Origin: Vulcanimicrobiota bacterium
Lineage (GTDB): Bacteria; Vulcanimicrobiota; Xenobia; Xenobiales; QWHO01
Length of the DNA: 64,000 nucleotides
Assembly: GCA_963169765.1 (NCBI GenBank)
Contig: CAUJEN010000073.1
Location: 10,932 to 74,931, forward strand
Direction: 5' to 3'
This document shows positions 56,595 through 64,000 of this stretch, piece after piece. The position numbers and the translations under genes are program-made. The notes under the pieces are model-generated. The model worked only from the letters and a program-made list of their open reading frames with translations, was not told the DNA's origin and ran no database searches. The first letter of the stretch is position 1; every line of letters begins with the position of its first letter.

Positions 56595-57152
56595 TCACTC
56601 GGTGGGCACGATCAGGTAGCAGGTGCTGCCCGAGTAGAGACCCTGGAAGGCTCCCGAGCCGGTGGGCACCTCCACTTTGCGCGACTTCGAGGCCGGCCTG
56701 GCAAGCCAGGGCTGCACCGCCGCCAGAATCTCCTCACGCGAGCGCAGCAGCTTGAAACTCGACGTGTAGGCCGCCTGCTCGCCCCGAGCCGGCGGGTGCT
56801 TGAGGCTGAGAACCCGGCGCACCGAATGGCCGCGCCAGAAGGCCAGCAACTCCTCCCCCTCTTGTGGCTGGGAGTTGAGCTCGCCCGGCCGGGCCGAGTC
56901 CAGCACCAGGATGCCATAGGTGGTGGTAGGTGGAGGCTGACCCTTGAGTGCCTTCACCAGCGCCAGCTTGAGGGTGGTCTGGATATAGCCGACATCGTCG
57001 CGATTCTCTCGGACCGCTCCCTCCACCCGCATCACCGCAACGGTCGGGCTTGAGACCACCAGCCACTCCAGGCTGTCGGCCACCATGATCTCGGCCCGGG
57101 CCAGAGCGGCCAGCACCATCAAGGCCAGTAGAACGCGCCCCCCAGCCCCCAT
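56595..57152 (-). CDS. Secreted hypothetical protein
   Basis: Signal peptide MGAGGRVLLALMVLAALARA. Co-directional with and just downstream of the metallopeptidase gene. Confidence 0.4.
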   Translation of the reverse strand: MGAGGRVLLALMVLAALARAEIMVADSLEWLVVSSPTVAVMRVEGAVRENRDDVGYIQTTLKLALVKALKGQPPPTTTYGILVLDSARPGELNSQPQEGEELLAFWRGHSVRRVLSLKHPPARGEQAAYTSSFKLLRSREEILAAVQPWLARPASKSRKVEVPTGSGAFQGLYSGSTCYLIVPTE

Positions 57153-57159
57153 CAGCGCC

Positions 57160-58926
57160 TCAGCAGGTCACGATGGGCGAGCGCCGCAGCACCGGCTTGC
57201 CGCCCTCGCTGACCACGTTCAGTTGCAGATACTGGCTGGCGAACTTGCCGTGCTTGCAGGTGCGGTCGCCCGGCTCGCACCTGGCCGAGGGGCTGTCGGA
57301 GCGAGGGGTCAGGCCCGAGGCCACCAGCATCTCGGCCGACACGGCCGACTTGAGGTGGTTCTTGACCTCCTCGATCTCGCGCTCGGTCACCTTGTCGTGG
57401 TTGGAGGCGAAGAGCTTTCTCTCGGCGTCGAAGGCCAGCACCAGACCACCGTTCATCCGGGCCCGAGCGCCTTCCATCACCCCGTAGTCGGGGCCTTCCA
57501 GGTCGACGTCCTGGTGATACTTGTAGAGCACAAAGGTCTCTCCGCGATTGTTGGTGTGGGCCTGGTCGAACTCGAAGGGCAGGTCCTTGCCCAGCTTGAG
57601 CTCATCGCGGTGGTTGTCCAGGAACTCCAGGGCCGCTTCCTCCGATTCGATGGCCGCCCGGTCCAGGGTCAGCTTGGGCAAGGTGGCCTCGTGCTTGTCA
57701 AAGGCCTCCAGATCGGCTTCGCTGAGGATCTTGCGACCCACGAAGACGCTCTCGAGCAGGGGGCGCAGTGCGCCGTCGAAGTCGACCTGATCGGCCTTGA
57801 GCATGGCCAGGGCCACCTCGCGATAGGTCGGCTCGCCCACCGGAGCGAACTCGGTGCCGCGCATCAACAGCATGCCGGCCATGTCGCGCGCCTCGCCCAG
57901 GGACTCGGCGAACGAGCGGGACGTATCCGACGAGGTGACGCTGTAGAGCCCGAACAAGACCTCGTAGAAGGCGCCGGTGAAAAGATTCGCGTAGGCGTGC
58001 GGCTCCTGGCCCAGGCCGCTAAAGGGGTCCTTGGCATCGATGTAGGGCAGGAAGTGCTGGTCTTTGTACTTGTGAGAATTGAGAGCCTGGCGCAGGCAGT
58101 TGGTATCGATGCCATCCATCTTGCCGGCCACCGAGCCCAGGTTCTCGGCCACGCTGGAGACCAGGTTGGGGATGGCCAGGTTGCCCTGGGTCTCCTGCTG
58201 CAACGCCTCCACCACCTGAGGATCGTTGAGAGCCACCAGCATGGCCAGCATGTCTCCGAACGACTCGTGGAAGCCGCCCGCCGACACGGTCAGCGAGCTG
58301 AGGTAGTTGTGGCGAATGCCGTCGAGCACCGCGTGTCCGGTCTCGTGGGCCACGATGTCGGCCGAGGTGCCGGTGCGGTGCAACTCACTGGTGGAAGGGT
58401 CGGTGAAGTGAAAGAAGTTGATCGAGCCCGCCTCGGAATGATAGAAGGCGTTGGCGGTGTCTCCCCCGGCGTGGGGATGGATGAGCATCTGCTGGCGCTC
58501 GAGGTCGTCGGTGAAGCCCCAGGGGATCTCGCGCCCGAGGTACCCCTCGGCGACCTCCAGGGCCCGGTTTGCGGTGTAGAAGGCGTTGGTGGAGTCAAAG
58601 CGCGGGTCGTCCAGGTCGTAGACCATGTTGCCGTTCTCATCAGGGCGGGCCACCGGCATGTTGCGCGGCACGGAGACCTTGAAGCGCTCGTTCGCCGGGC
58701 CGCCGCTGGTGGGCTCGAACTCCATGGGAGCCTTGCCCGGCGGCAGCATCCCCTCGTCTTGAGGCAAATAGCTCACCACGCCCTTGGGCGGCTCCTCGGG
58801 AGGGGCCTGCGACTTCTTAAAGGTTTCCCTGGGCTCGGCGGCGGCTTCCGCTTTCGGCTGCTTGGCCGAGCGGGCGCGACGAGCGGCCTCGAGGCTCACC
58901 TGGCTGACTGCGTTCAAGACTTCCAC
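57160..58926 (-). CDS. Putative secreted zinc metallopeptidase (HExxH gluzincin-like)
   Basis: VAHETGHAVLDG (HExxH) followed about 20 aa later by HESFGD (candidate third ligand Glu). Large multi-domain protein with low-complexity N-terminus. Confidence 0.6.
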   Translation of the reverse strand: MEVLNAVSQVSLEAARRARSAKQPKAEAAAEPRETFKKSQAPPEEPPKGVVSYLPQDEGMLPPGKAPMEFEPTSGGPANERFKVSVPRNMPVARPDENGNMVYDLDDPRFDSTNAFYTANRALEVAEGYLGREIPWGFTDDLERQQMLIHPHAGGDTANAFYHSEAGSINFFHFTDPSTSELHRTGTSADIVAHETGHAVLDGIRHNYLSSLTVSAGGFHESFGDMLAMLVALNDPQVVEALQQETQGNLAIPNLVSSVAENLGSVAGKMDGIDTNCLRQALNSHKYKDQHFLPYIDAKDPFSGLGQEPHAYANLFTGAFYEVLFGLYSVTSSDTSRSFAESLGEARDMAGMLLMRGTEFAPVGEPTYREVALAMLKADQVDFDGALRPLLESVFVGRKILSEADLEAFDKHEATLPKLTLDRAAIESEEAALEFLDNHRDELKLGKDLPFEFDQAHTNNRGETFVLYKYHQDVDLEGPDYGVMEGARARMNGGLVLAFDAERKLFASNHDKVTEREIEEVKNHLKSAVSAEMLVASGLTPRSDSPSARCEPGDRTCKHGKFASQYLQLNVVSEGGKPVLRRSPIVTC

Positions 58927-59104
58927 AATGATGGCTCCTTGGAGAGGTTCCCCCGGGCTGCATTGTAAGGGCTGAAAAAAGTCTCAATGGTTGCTCGGAT
59001 GTGAACGGATTCTCTGCAGGCAAGATCGGTGAGCAGTGGTTTGGCCGGAGCCGTCGAACCGGGCTGGATGCGCGCCGCGAACCCGCTCTCCCGGCACTGA
59101 GCTG

Positions 59105-60115
59105 ATGCACGCCAAAATTGCCTCCCTGACGGCCTGGCTCGGACTGTTCCTCCTGTTGAGCGGGTGCGCCCCCCGACCACAGTCGCCCGAGGTTGTCGTC
59201 TATACCTCGGTGGACCAGGTCTTCTCCGAGCCTGTGCTCAAGGAGTTCGAGAAGAGCAGCGGGGTCCGGGTCCTGGCAGTTTACGACGTGGAAGCCGCCA
59301 AGACGACCGGACTGGTGAATCGACTCCTCGCCGAGAAAAAGCGGCCCGCGGCTGATGTCTTCTGGAGCGGGGAGATCGCCCAGACCTTGCTTTTGAAAGA
59401 GCAGGGAGTCCTGGCTCGGTATGTTTCTCCGTCCGCTTCCACGCTGCCCGAGCATTACCGGGACAAGGAAGGATGCTGGACGGCCTTCGGGGGACGGGTG
59501 CGAGTCTTTCTCGTGAACACGAAACTCCTCTCGAAGGAGCGCTATCCCACCTCAATCGAGGACCTGCGCAAGAAAGACTATCCAGCCGACAAGATCGCCC
59601 TGGCCTCTCCCCTCTTCGGCACCACCGCCACGCATGCGGCCGCCCTGTACGCCGCCCTGGGCGAGGAGGAAGGGCGCGCCTACTACCGTGACCTTCAAGC
59701 CAGGGGACTGCGGATCGTGGATGGAAACTCGACGGTCCGAGACCTGGTGGCGAGCGGTCAGGTGTGGTTCGGACTGGTGGATACCGACGACGCCGCCGTC
59801 GCCCTGAAACGGGGAGACCCGGTCGCGATTGTCTTTCCCGACCAGGAAAAAGGGGGCCTGGGGGCCCTGTCGATCCCGAACACGGTTGCGCTGGTGAAGG
59901 GCTCTCCCCACCCAACCGAGGGCAAACGCCTGGTGGACTTCCTGCTCAGCAGGTCGGTGGAGGAGCGGCTTCGGGACGAAGGGTGGCTCTACCGGTCCAC
60001 CCGAGGGGCCAACGACAATGTGGTCGAGGTGGTGACCATGAAGACCAGCCCCGGGCAGGTCTTTGAGATGCTGAAGATCTCCAGAAGCGACATGACCAGA
60101 CTTTTTCTGCGATGA
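59105..60115 (+). CDS. ABC transporter substrate-binding lipoprotein, Fe(III)/thiamine (FbpA/AfuA) family
   Basis: Lipobox LLLSGC. VVVYTSVDQVFSEPVLKEFEKSSGVRV ... typical of ferric-binding periplasmic proteins. Confidence 0.8.
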   Translation: MHAKIASLTAWLGLFLLLSGCAPRPQSPEVVVYTSVDQVFSEPVLKEFEKSSGVRVLAVYDVEAAKTTGLVNRLLAEKKRPAADVFWSGEIAQTLLLKEQGVLARYVSPSASTLPEHYRDKEGCWTAFGGRVRVFLVNTKLLSKERYPTSIEDLRKKDYPADKIALASPLFGTTATHAAALYAALGEEEGRAYYRDLQARGLRIVDGNSTVRDLVASGQVWFGLVDTDDAAVALKRGDPVAIVFPDQEKGGLGALSIPNTVALVKGSPHPTEGKRLVDFLLSRSVEERLRDEGWLYRSTRGANDNVVEVVTMKTSPGQVFEMLKISRSDMTRLFLR

Positions 60116-61626
60116 AAGCTTTCTCTCGCATCGGGGAAGCCGTCTACCTGCTGGTAGTGGCGGGGCCGGTGCTGATGCTGGCGCTGACTTCCCTCCCGAG
60201 GGCTCCCGAGCTCTGGGAGCTGGCCTTCCCGAGGGGACAAAGCCTCAATCTCCTCTCCAACAGCCTGGTGCTGGCGACCGCAGTCGCTCTGAGCGATCTG
60301 GTCTGCGGGACCCTCATCGCCGTCTTCCTGTGGCGCCGGTCGGGTCGCCTGGGTGGCGGACTGCGCTTGCTCGTGCTGCTCACGGCTCCTCTCCCGCCAT
60401 ACATTCACGCTCTGGCCTGGATTTTCGCCTTCGACACAGTGAACTTTCGCGCGCTCACAGGCCTGGTCGGAGCCTGGTGGGTTGAGGTGATGGCCTATCT
60501 GCCCCTCTCCACCTGTCTTGCCCTGCTGGCCCTGGAGATGGTGCAACCCGACCTGCTCGAGGCGGGGAAACTTCTGGCACCGGACCAACGCGTGCTCACA
60601 CGCATTCTTGGCCCCCTGGCCACCCCCTTTGCGGCGGCAGGAGCGGGGCTCATCTTCCTGCTCTGCCTGCTGGACTACGGGGTGCCCTCGATCTTCGGGG
60701 CCGCAACCTATCCTCTCGAGATCTATGCGGAGTTCAGCTCCTCAGGAGACCCCGCGCGCGTGTTCTTCATGGCCCTCCCCCTGTTTGCCGCTGCGGCGCT
60801 GGTGCTCCTGGCCACCTTTGCCGGCTACCGCGGCAGCGCCCTGAACCGCGCCTGGAGCAGGCCAGGAGTGGACCTGCCGTTCCATTGGCCGGCCTGGTTG
60901 CGATGGGCCCAGGGGGCCGCGCTTCTCCTCCTGGCCGCCCAGGTCATCGTGCCGGTGGCGACGATCCTGACGCTCACGAAGTCGCTGGCAATGCTCGGGC
61001 AGGTGCTGGCCTTCTCAACCGCCGAGACCCGGGTCAGTTTTCAGGTCTCCCTGCTGGCCTCGCTCCTGAGCCTGAGCCTGGGGGCAGTCGTGGCCCACCG
61101 ACTGCGCCAACCCGGCCCGATGCAAGCGCTCTGGTGGGCTGTCGTGGTCCTGCCCCTGGCCCTGCCCGCGTCGCTTGTTGGAGCTGGCCTGATCGATCTG
61201 TGGAACCGGCCATCCATGTTGGCCCTGCACGGAACCTGGGCGATGCCGGTCCTGGCGGCAACAGCCCGTTTTGCCCCTGTGGCCACACTTGTGATACTCG
61301 TTCAGCTCAGCCGCACCGATCCTCGCCTGCTGGAGGCGGCCGAGATCCTCGCTCCGTCCCGAATCCGAGCCTGGGTGGGAGTGCGAATCCCCCTGCTCCT
61401 CCCGGGCCTGCTCGCTTCGGCTGGTCTGGTCTTCATCCTTACTGCCGGGGAATTGGCAACGACCCTGATGGTGGTGCCCCCGGGAGGGAGTACCCTGGTC
61501 CTCAAGGTCTACAACTACCTGCATTACGGCTCCACCGAGACGGTGGCCGCCCTCTGTCTGCTCCTCACCCTGGCCACCTTGCTCCCGGGGGCTGTCGTTG
61601 TGCGCCTCGTGAGGCGACGAAAATGA
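60112..61626 (+). CDS. ABC transporter permease, duplicated-domain FbpB-type
   Basis: 504 aa, two tandem BPD-transporter permease domains (about 12 TM). Start overlaps upstream stop. Confidence 0.8.
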   Translation: MKAFSRIGEAVYLLVVAGPVLMLALTSLPRAPELWELAFPRGQSLNLLSNSLVLATAVALSDLVCGTLIAVFLWRRSGRLGGGLRLLVLLTAPLPPYIHALAWIFAFDTVNFRALTGLVGAWWVEVMAYLPLSTCLALLALEMVQPDLLEAGKLLAPDQRVLTRILGPLATPFAAAGAGLIFLLCLLDYGVPSIFGAATYPLEIYAEFSSSGDPARVFFMALPLFAAAALVLLATFAGYRGSALNRAWSRPGVDLPFHWPAWLRWAQGAALLLLAAQVIVPVATILTLTKSLAMLGQVLAFSTAETRVSFQVSLLASLLSLSLGAVVAHRLRQPGPMQALWWAVVVLPLALPASLVGAGLIDLWNRPSMLALHGTWAMPVLAATARFAPVATLVILVQLSRTDPRLLEAAEILAPSRIRAWVGVRIPLLLPGLLASAGLVFILTAGELATTLMVVPPGGSTLVLKVYNYLHYGSTETVAALCLLLTLATLLPGAVVVRLVRRRK

Positions 61627-61630
61627 AGGC

Positions 61631-62263
61631 ATGATCGAGCTGCGCCAGGTCTCGAAATCCTACGGCCCGGTTGGTGCAGCTCGGGATGTGACCCTGACCG
61701 TTGCCGATGGCCAGGCAATTGTGCTCTTCGGACCCTCCGGATGTGGCAAAACCACGGTCCTGCGCCTGATCGCCGGGCTGGAGGCGCCCGACTGCGGGGA
61801 AGTGCTCATCGATGGAGAAGTGGCCAGCCGGCCCGGATGGCTGAAAGCCCCCCGTGAGCGGAAAGTCGGCTTCGTTTTCCAGACACCTGCCCTGTGGCCC
61901 CATATGACCGTGGCTGAGAACATACGCTTCGGCTTGAAAGACCGCAAAAGCGAGGCCTTCGAGCAGGTGTTGGGCGTTCTTGACCTGGTGGGCCTGAAAA
62001 ACCGCTTTCCGGACGAGCTTTCCGGAGGAGAGGCCCGTCGTGTGGCCCTGGCCAGGACGCTGGCCGCCCGCCCCCGGCACCTGCTGCTCGACGAGCCCCT
62101 GTCCAACCTCGATCTCGATTCGCGGGAGAGCCTACTTCGCGTCATCTTGCAGGCCCACCATGAAAGCGGCGGAGCGCTCATCTACGTGACCCACGACACC
62201 GACGAGTCCGAGGCCATCTCGCCGAAGAGGATTCGAATGCAGAACGGGCGGTTGCTGCAATGA
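61631..62263 (+). CDS. ABC transporter ATP-binding protein
   Basis: Walker A GPSGCGKTT; signature LSGGEARRVALAR; Walker B LLLDEPLSNLD; H-loop YVTHD. Confidence 0.85.
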   Translation: MIELRQVSKSYGPVGAARDVTLTVADGQAIVLFGPSGCGKTTVLRLIAGLEAPDCGEVLIDGEVASRPGWLKAPRERKVGFVFQTPALWPHMTVAENIRFGLKDRKSEAFEQVLGVLDLVGLKNRFPDELSGGEARRVALARTLAARPRHLLLDEPLSNLDLDSRESLLRVILQAHHESGGALIYVTHDTDESEAISPKRIRMQNGRLLQ

Positions 62264-63312
62264 GACCAGGCAGGTGGCGCGCCTTCCTGGCGGTCCTCCC
62301 GCTGGCGCTGATCCTTGCGGTGGGCGGACTGCTCGAGCGCAGCCGGCTCGAGCAGTCAAAACCACGACCATTGCCAGGCTGGAGCATCCTTCGGCCACCC
62401 GGGGACGTCTCCGCTCTGGCGATTCAGGGAGAGACCGTCTGGGCCGGGGGGAAGGAGGGTGTCTTCGCCATCCCGCGCGCGGGCCGGGGTCCAGTGAGGC
62501 GGCTGGCCTGCGAGCAGCCCCTGGCCTCTGTGCAGGCCTTGCTCGTCGACCCCGAAGGAGCGCTCTGGATCGGCCATGCCACGGGCCTGACGCGATGGAC
62601 GCCCGAGGGATGGCACACTTTCACGCCCGGAGAAGGCCTTCCCGGCGGCGAGGTTCTGGCACTCTTGCGCGACCAGGAGGGGGGCATCTGGGCCGGTACC
62701 AGGGCCGGTGCCGCTGTCTGGGAAGGCGATTCCTGGAGGGTTCTCACCACGGCCGACGGCCTGGCCGACGACATGGTCAACGTCCTGCTCCAGGATCGAC
62801 AGGGGGGCATGTGGTTCGGCTCTTCCTCGGCGCCGCGAGGGGGGCTGACGCGCCTGGAGGGCGGGAGGGTATGGATCTTTTCCACCGCCAACGGACTGCC
62901 GCACAACAATGTAACCGCTCTGGTGGAGGATCGAGAGGGGACCGTCTGGGCGGGGACCGGTCTTCTGGATCGGGGAGGAGCAGCCTCGATCGCCAGAAAG
63001 GACGGTGAGTGGGTGATCGAGAGGGTTCTGACCAGACGAGACGGACTGGCCGGGGAGAAAGTGAGGTCCCTTTTTCAAGATCAGAGCGGCGTCTTCTGGC
63101 TCGGCTCGGAGTATGATGGCCTGACTCGATGGGAGAACGGCCGAATGCGTGTTTTCAGCGTGCCGGAGGGCCTGTCCAACCCCGAGGTCAAAGCCATCGC
63201 CCAGGACCGGGACGGCAATGTCTGGCTCGGAACGCGCGATGGAGTAACCCGTATCGGGGCCGGCGGCCTGAGATGGTTGCGGGAGGACGGCGAGACAACC
63301 CCTAGAAAGTGA
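62260..63312 (+). CDS. Secreted two-component-regulator-propeller (Reg_prop) repeat protein
   Basis: Signal/TM anchor, then at least 6 Reg_prop-like repeats (GLTRWTPEGW, GIWAGTRAG, GGMWFGS, TVWAGT, GVFWLGSEYDGLTRWENG, NVWLGTRDGVTRI). Confidence 0.6.
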   Translation: MRPGRWRAFLAVLPLALILAVGGLLERSRLEQSKPRPLPGWSILRPPGDVSALAIQGETVWAGGKEGVFAIPRAGRGPVRRLACEQPLASVQALLVDPEGALWIGHATGLTRWTPEGWHTFTPGEGLPGGEVLALLRDQEGGIWAGTRAGAAVWEGDSWRVLTTADGLADDMVNVLLQDRQGGMWFGSSSAPRGGLTRLEGGRVWIFSTANGLPHNNVTALVEDREGTVWAGTGLLDRGGAASIARKDGEWVIERVLTRRDGLAGEKVRSLFQDQSGVFWLGSEYDGLTRWENGRMRVFSVPEGLSNPEVKAIAQDRDGNVWLGTRDGVTRIGAGGLRWLREDGETTPRK

Positions 63313-63336
63313 GCGACCGATGGGAGGTTTGCCACC

Positions 63337-63999
63337 ATGCGATTCGACGAAGTCGAGCAGAAGTACCGGAGCCTGAAAGAAGAACTGGCGTCGGGCCAAA
63401 TCTCCGCCCAGGACTACTCCGTGCGAGCGAACGCACTACGGCTTCAAGACCAGGCCGGAACCTGGTGGCAGATTCGCGAGGCGGATGGAGCCTGGATGCG
63501 ATGGGACGAGACAGCCTGGGTGCAAGACCACCACCCTGCCGAGCCGCCGCCGTCTCCACCCCCTCCGCCACCGCCACCGCCACCTCCGCCACCCGCTCCG
63601 GCTGCACCGGCAGCGACATCGGTGCCCGTTGTCCGGGTGATGGCCCCTCCGGCACCCCCGCCAACAGAGTTGAAGCCTTTGACAAAGGTTCCCAAACGAC
63701 CCGCAGAGCCTGCGGCAGCGCCCCCGCTCCCAGACCCGGTGGCGACTCCGGTCGCTGCGCCGGCGGCGGCCACGGCAGCTCCGGTACCTCCGGCAGCAGT
63801 GCCGGCTGCGCCCGCTGCCCCGATAGCCGATGCTCCTGCCCATCCTCCGGCCACAACCCCAGGTCCGTCATGTGCTCACTGTCATGCCCGGGTTGCAGAG
63901 GGCGCGAAGTTCTGTCCCCATTGCGGGAAGCCGACCTCTCAAATCCATGCGGCAACCGACCCCCATACCTGCTCGAAGTGCGGCAACCGTGGCGCTCCC
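63337..63999 (+). CDS. Pro-rich protein with C-terminal zinc-ribbon (partial, continues past window)
   Basis: GGGAGG RBS 10 nt upstream of ATG. N-terminal about 60-aa globular segment, (P)13 tract, Ala/Pro-rich linker, then CAHCHARVAEGAKFCPHCG ... CSKCG zinc-ribbon. No stop before the window edge. Confidence 0.45.
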   Translation, partial: MRFDEVEQKYRSLKEELASGQISAQDYSVRANALRLQDQAGTWWQIREADGAWMRWDETAWVQDHHPAEPPPSPPPPPPPPPPPPPAPAAPAATSVPVVRVMAPPAPPPTELKPLTKVPKRPAEPAAAPPLPDPVATPVAAPAAATAAPVPPAAVPAAPAAPIADAPAHPPATTPGPSCAHCHARVAEGAKFCPHCGKPTSQIHAATDPHTCSKCGNRGAP

Positions 64000-64000
64000 A

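Overview
High-GC (about 68-72%) bacterial chromosomal window with about 70 supportable genes on both strands. No rRNA, tRNA, CRISPR array or transposase/integrase gene was recognised. Main annotated content: a partial xanthine-dehydrogenase/CO-dehydrogenase-family molybdoenzyme (fused 2Fe-2S and Mo subunit, then FAD subunit); GST; amine oxidase; ATP-dependent DNA ligase; an overlapping TetR-SMR-lipid kinase-HAD-GDPD operon; a minor type IV pilin cluster; two paralogous fused MFS/spermidine-synthase-TPR proteins; guaB; a proline/ornithine-type catabolic operon (P5C dehydrogenase, two class-III aminotransferases, CoA-transferase A/B); a DUF5989-SxtJ-carbamoyltransferase-SGNH hydrolase cluster; and an Fe(III)-type ABC importer. 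Most notable observations: (1) an in-frame TGA in a thioredoxin-like UxxC motif, giving a putative secreted selenoprotein fused to HEAT repeats; (2) an uncharacterised intergenic repeat family with a conserved hairpin, at least 5 copies in the window; (3) three tandem genes for secreted low-complexity proteins full of CC/CCC cysteine motifs encoded by tandem DNA repeats; (4) a YMGG glycine-zipper micro-protein paired with a Zn-ribbon helical protein. Many long ORFs in the supplied track are antisense shadow ORFs typical of high-GC DNA and were not called.
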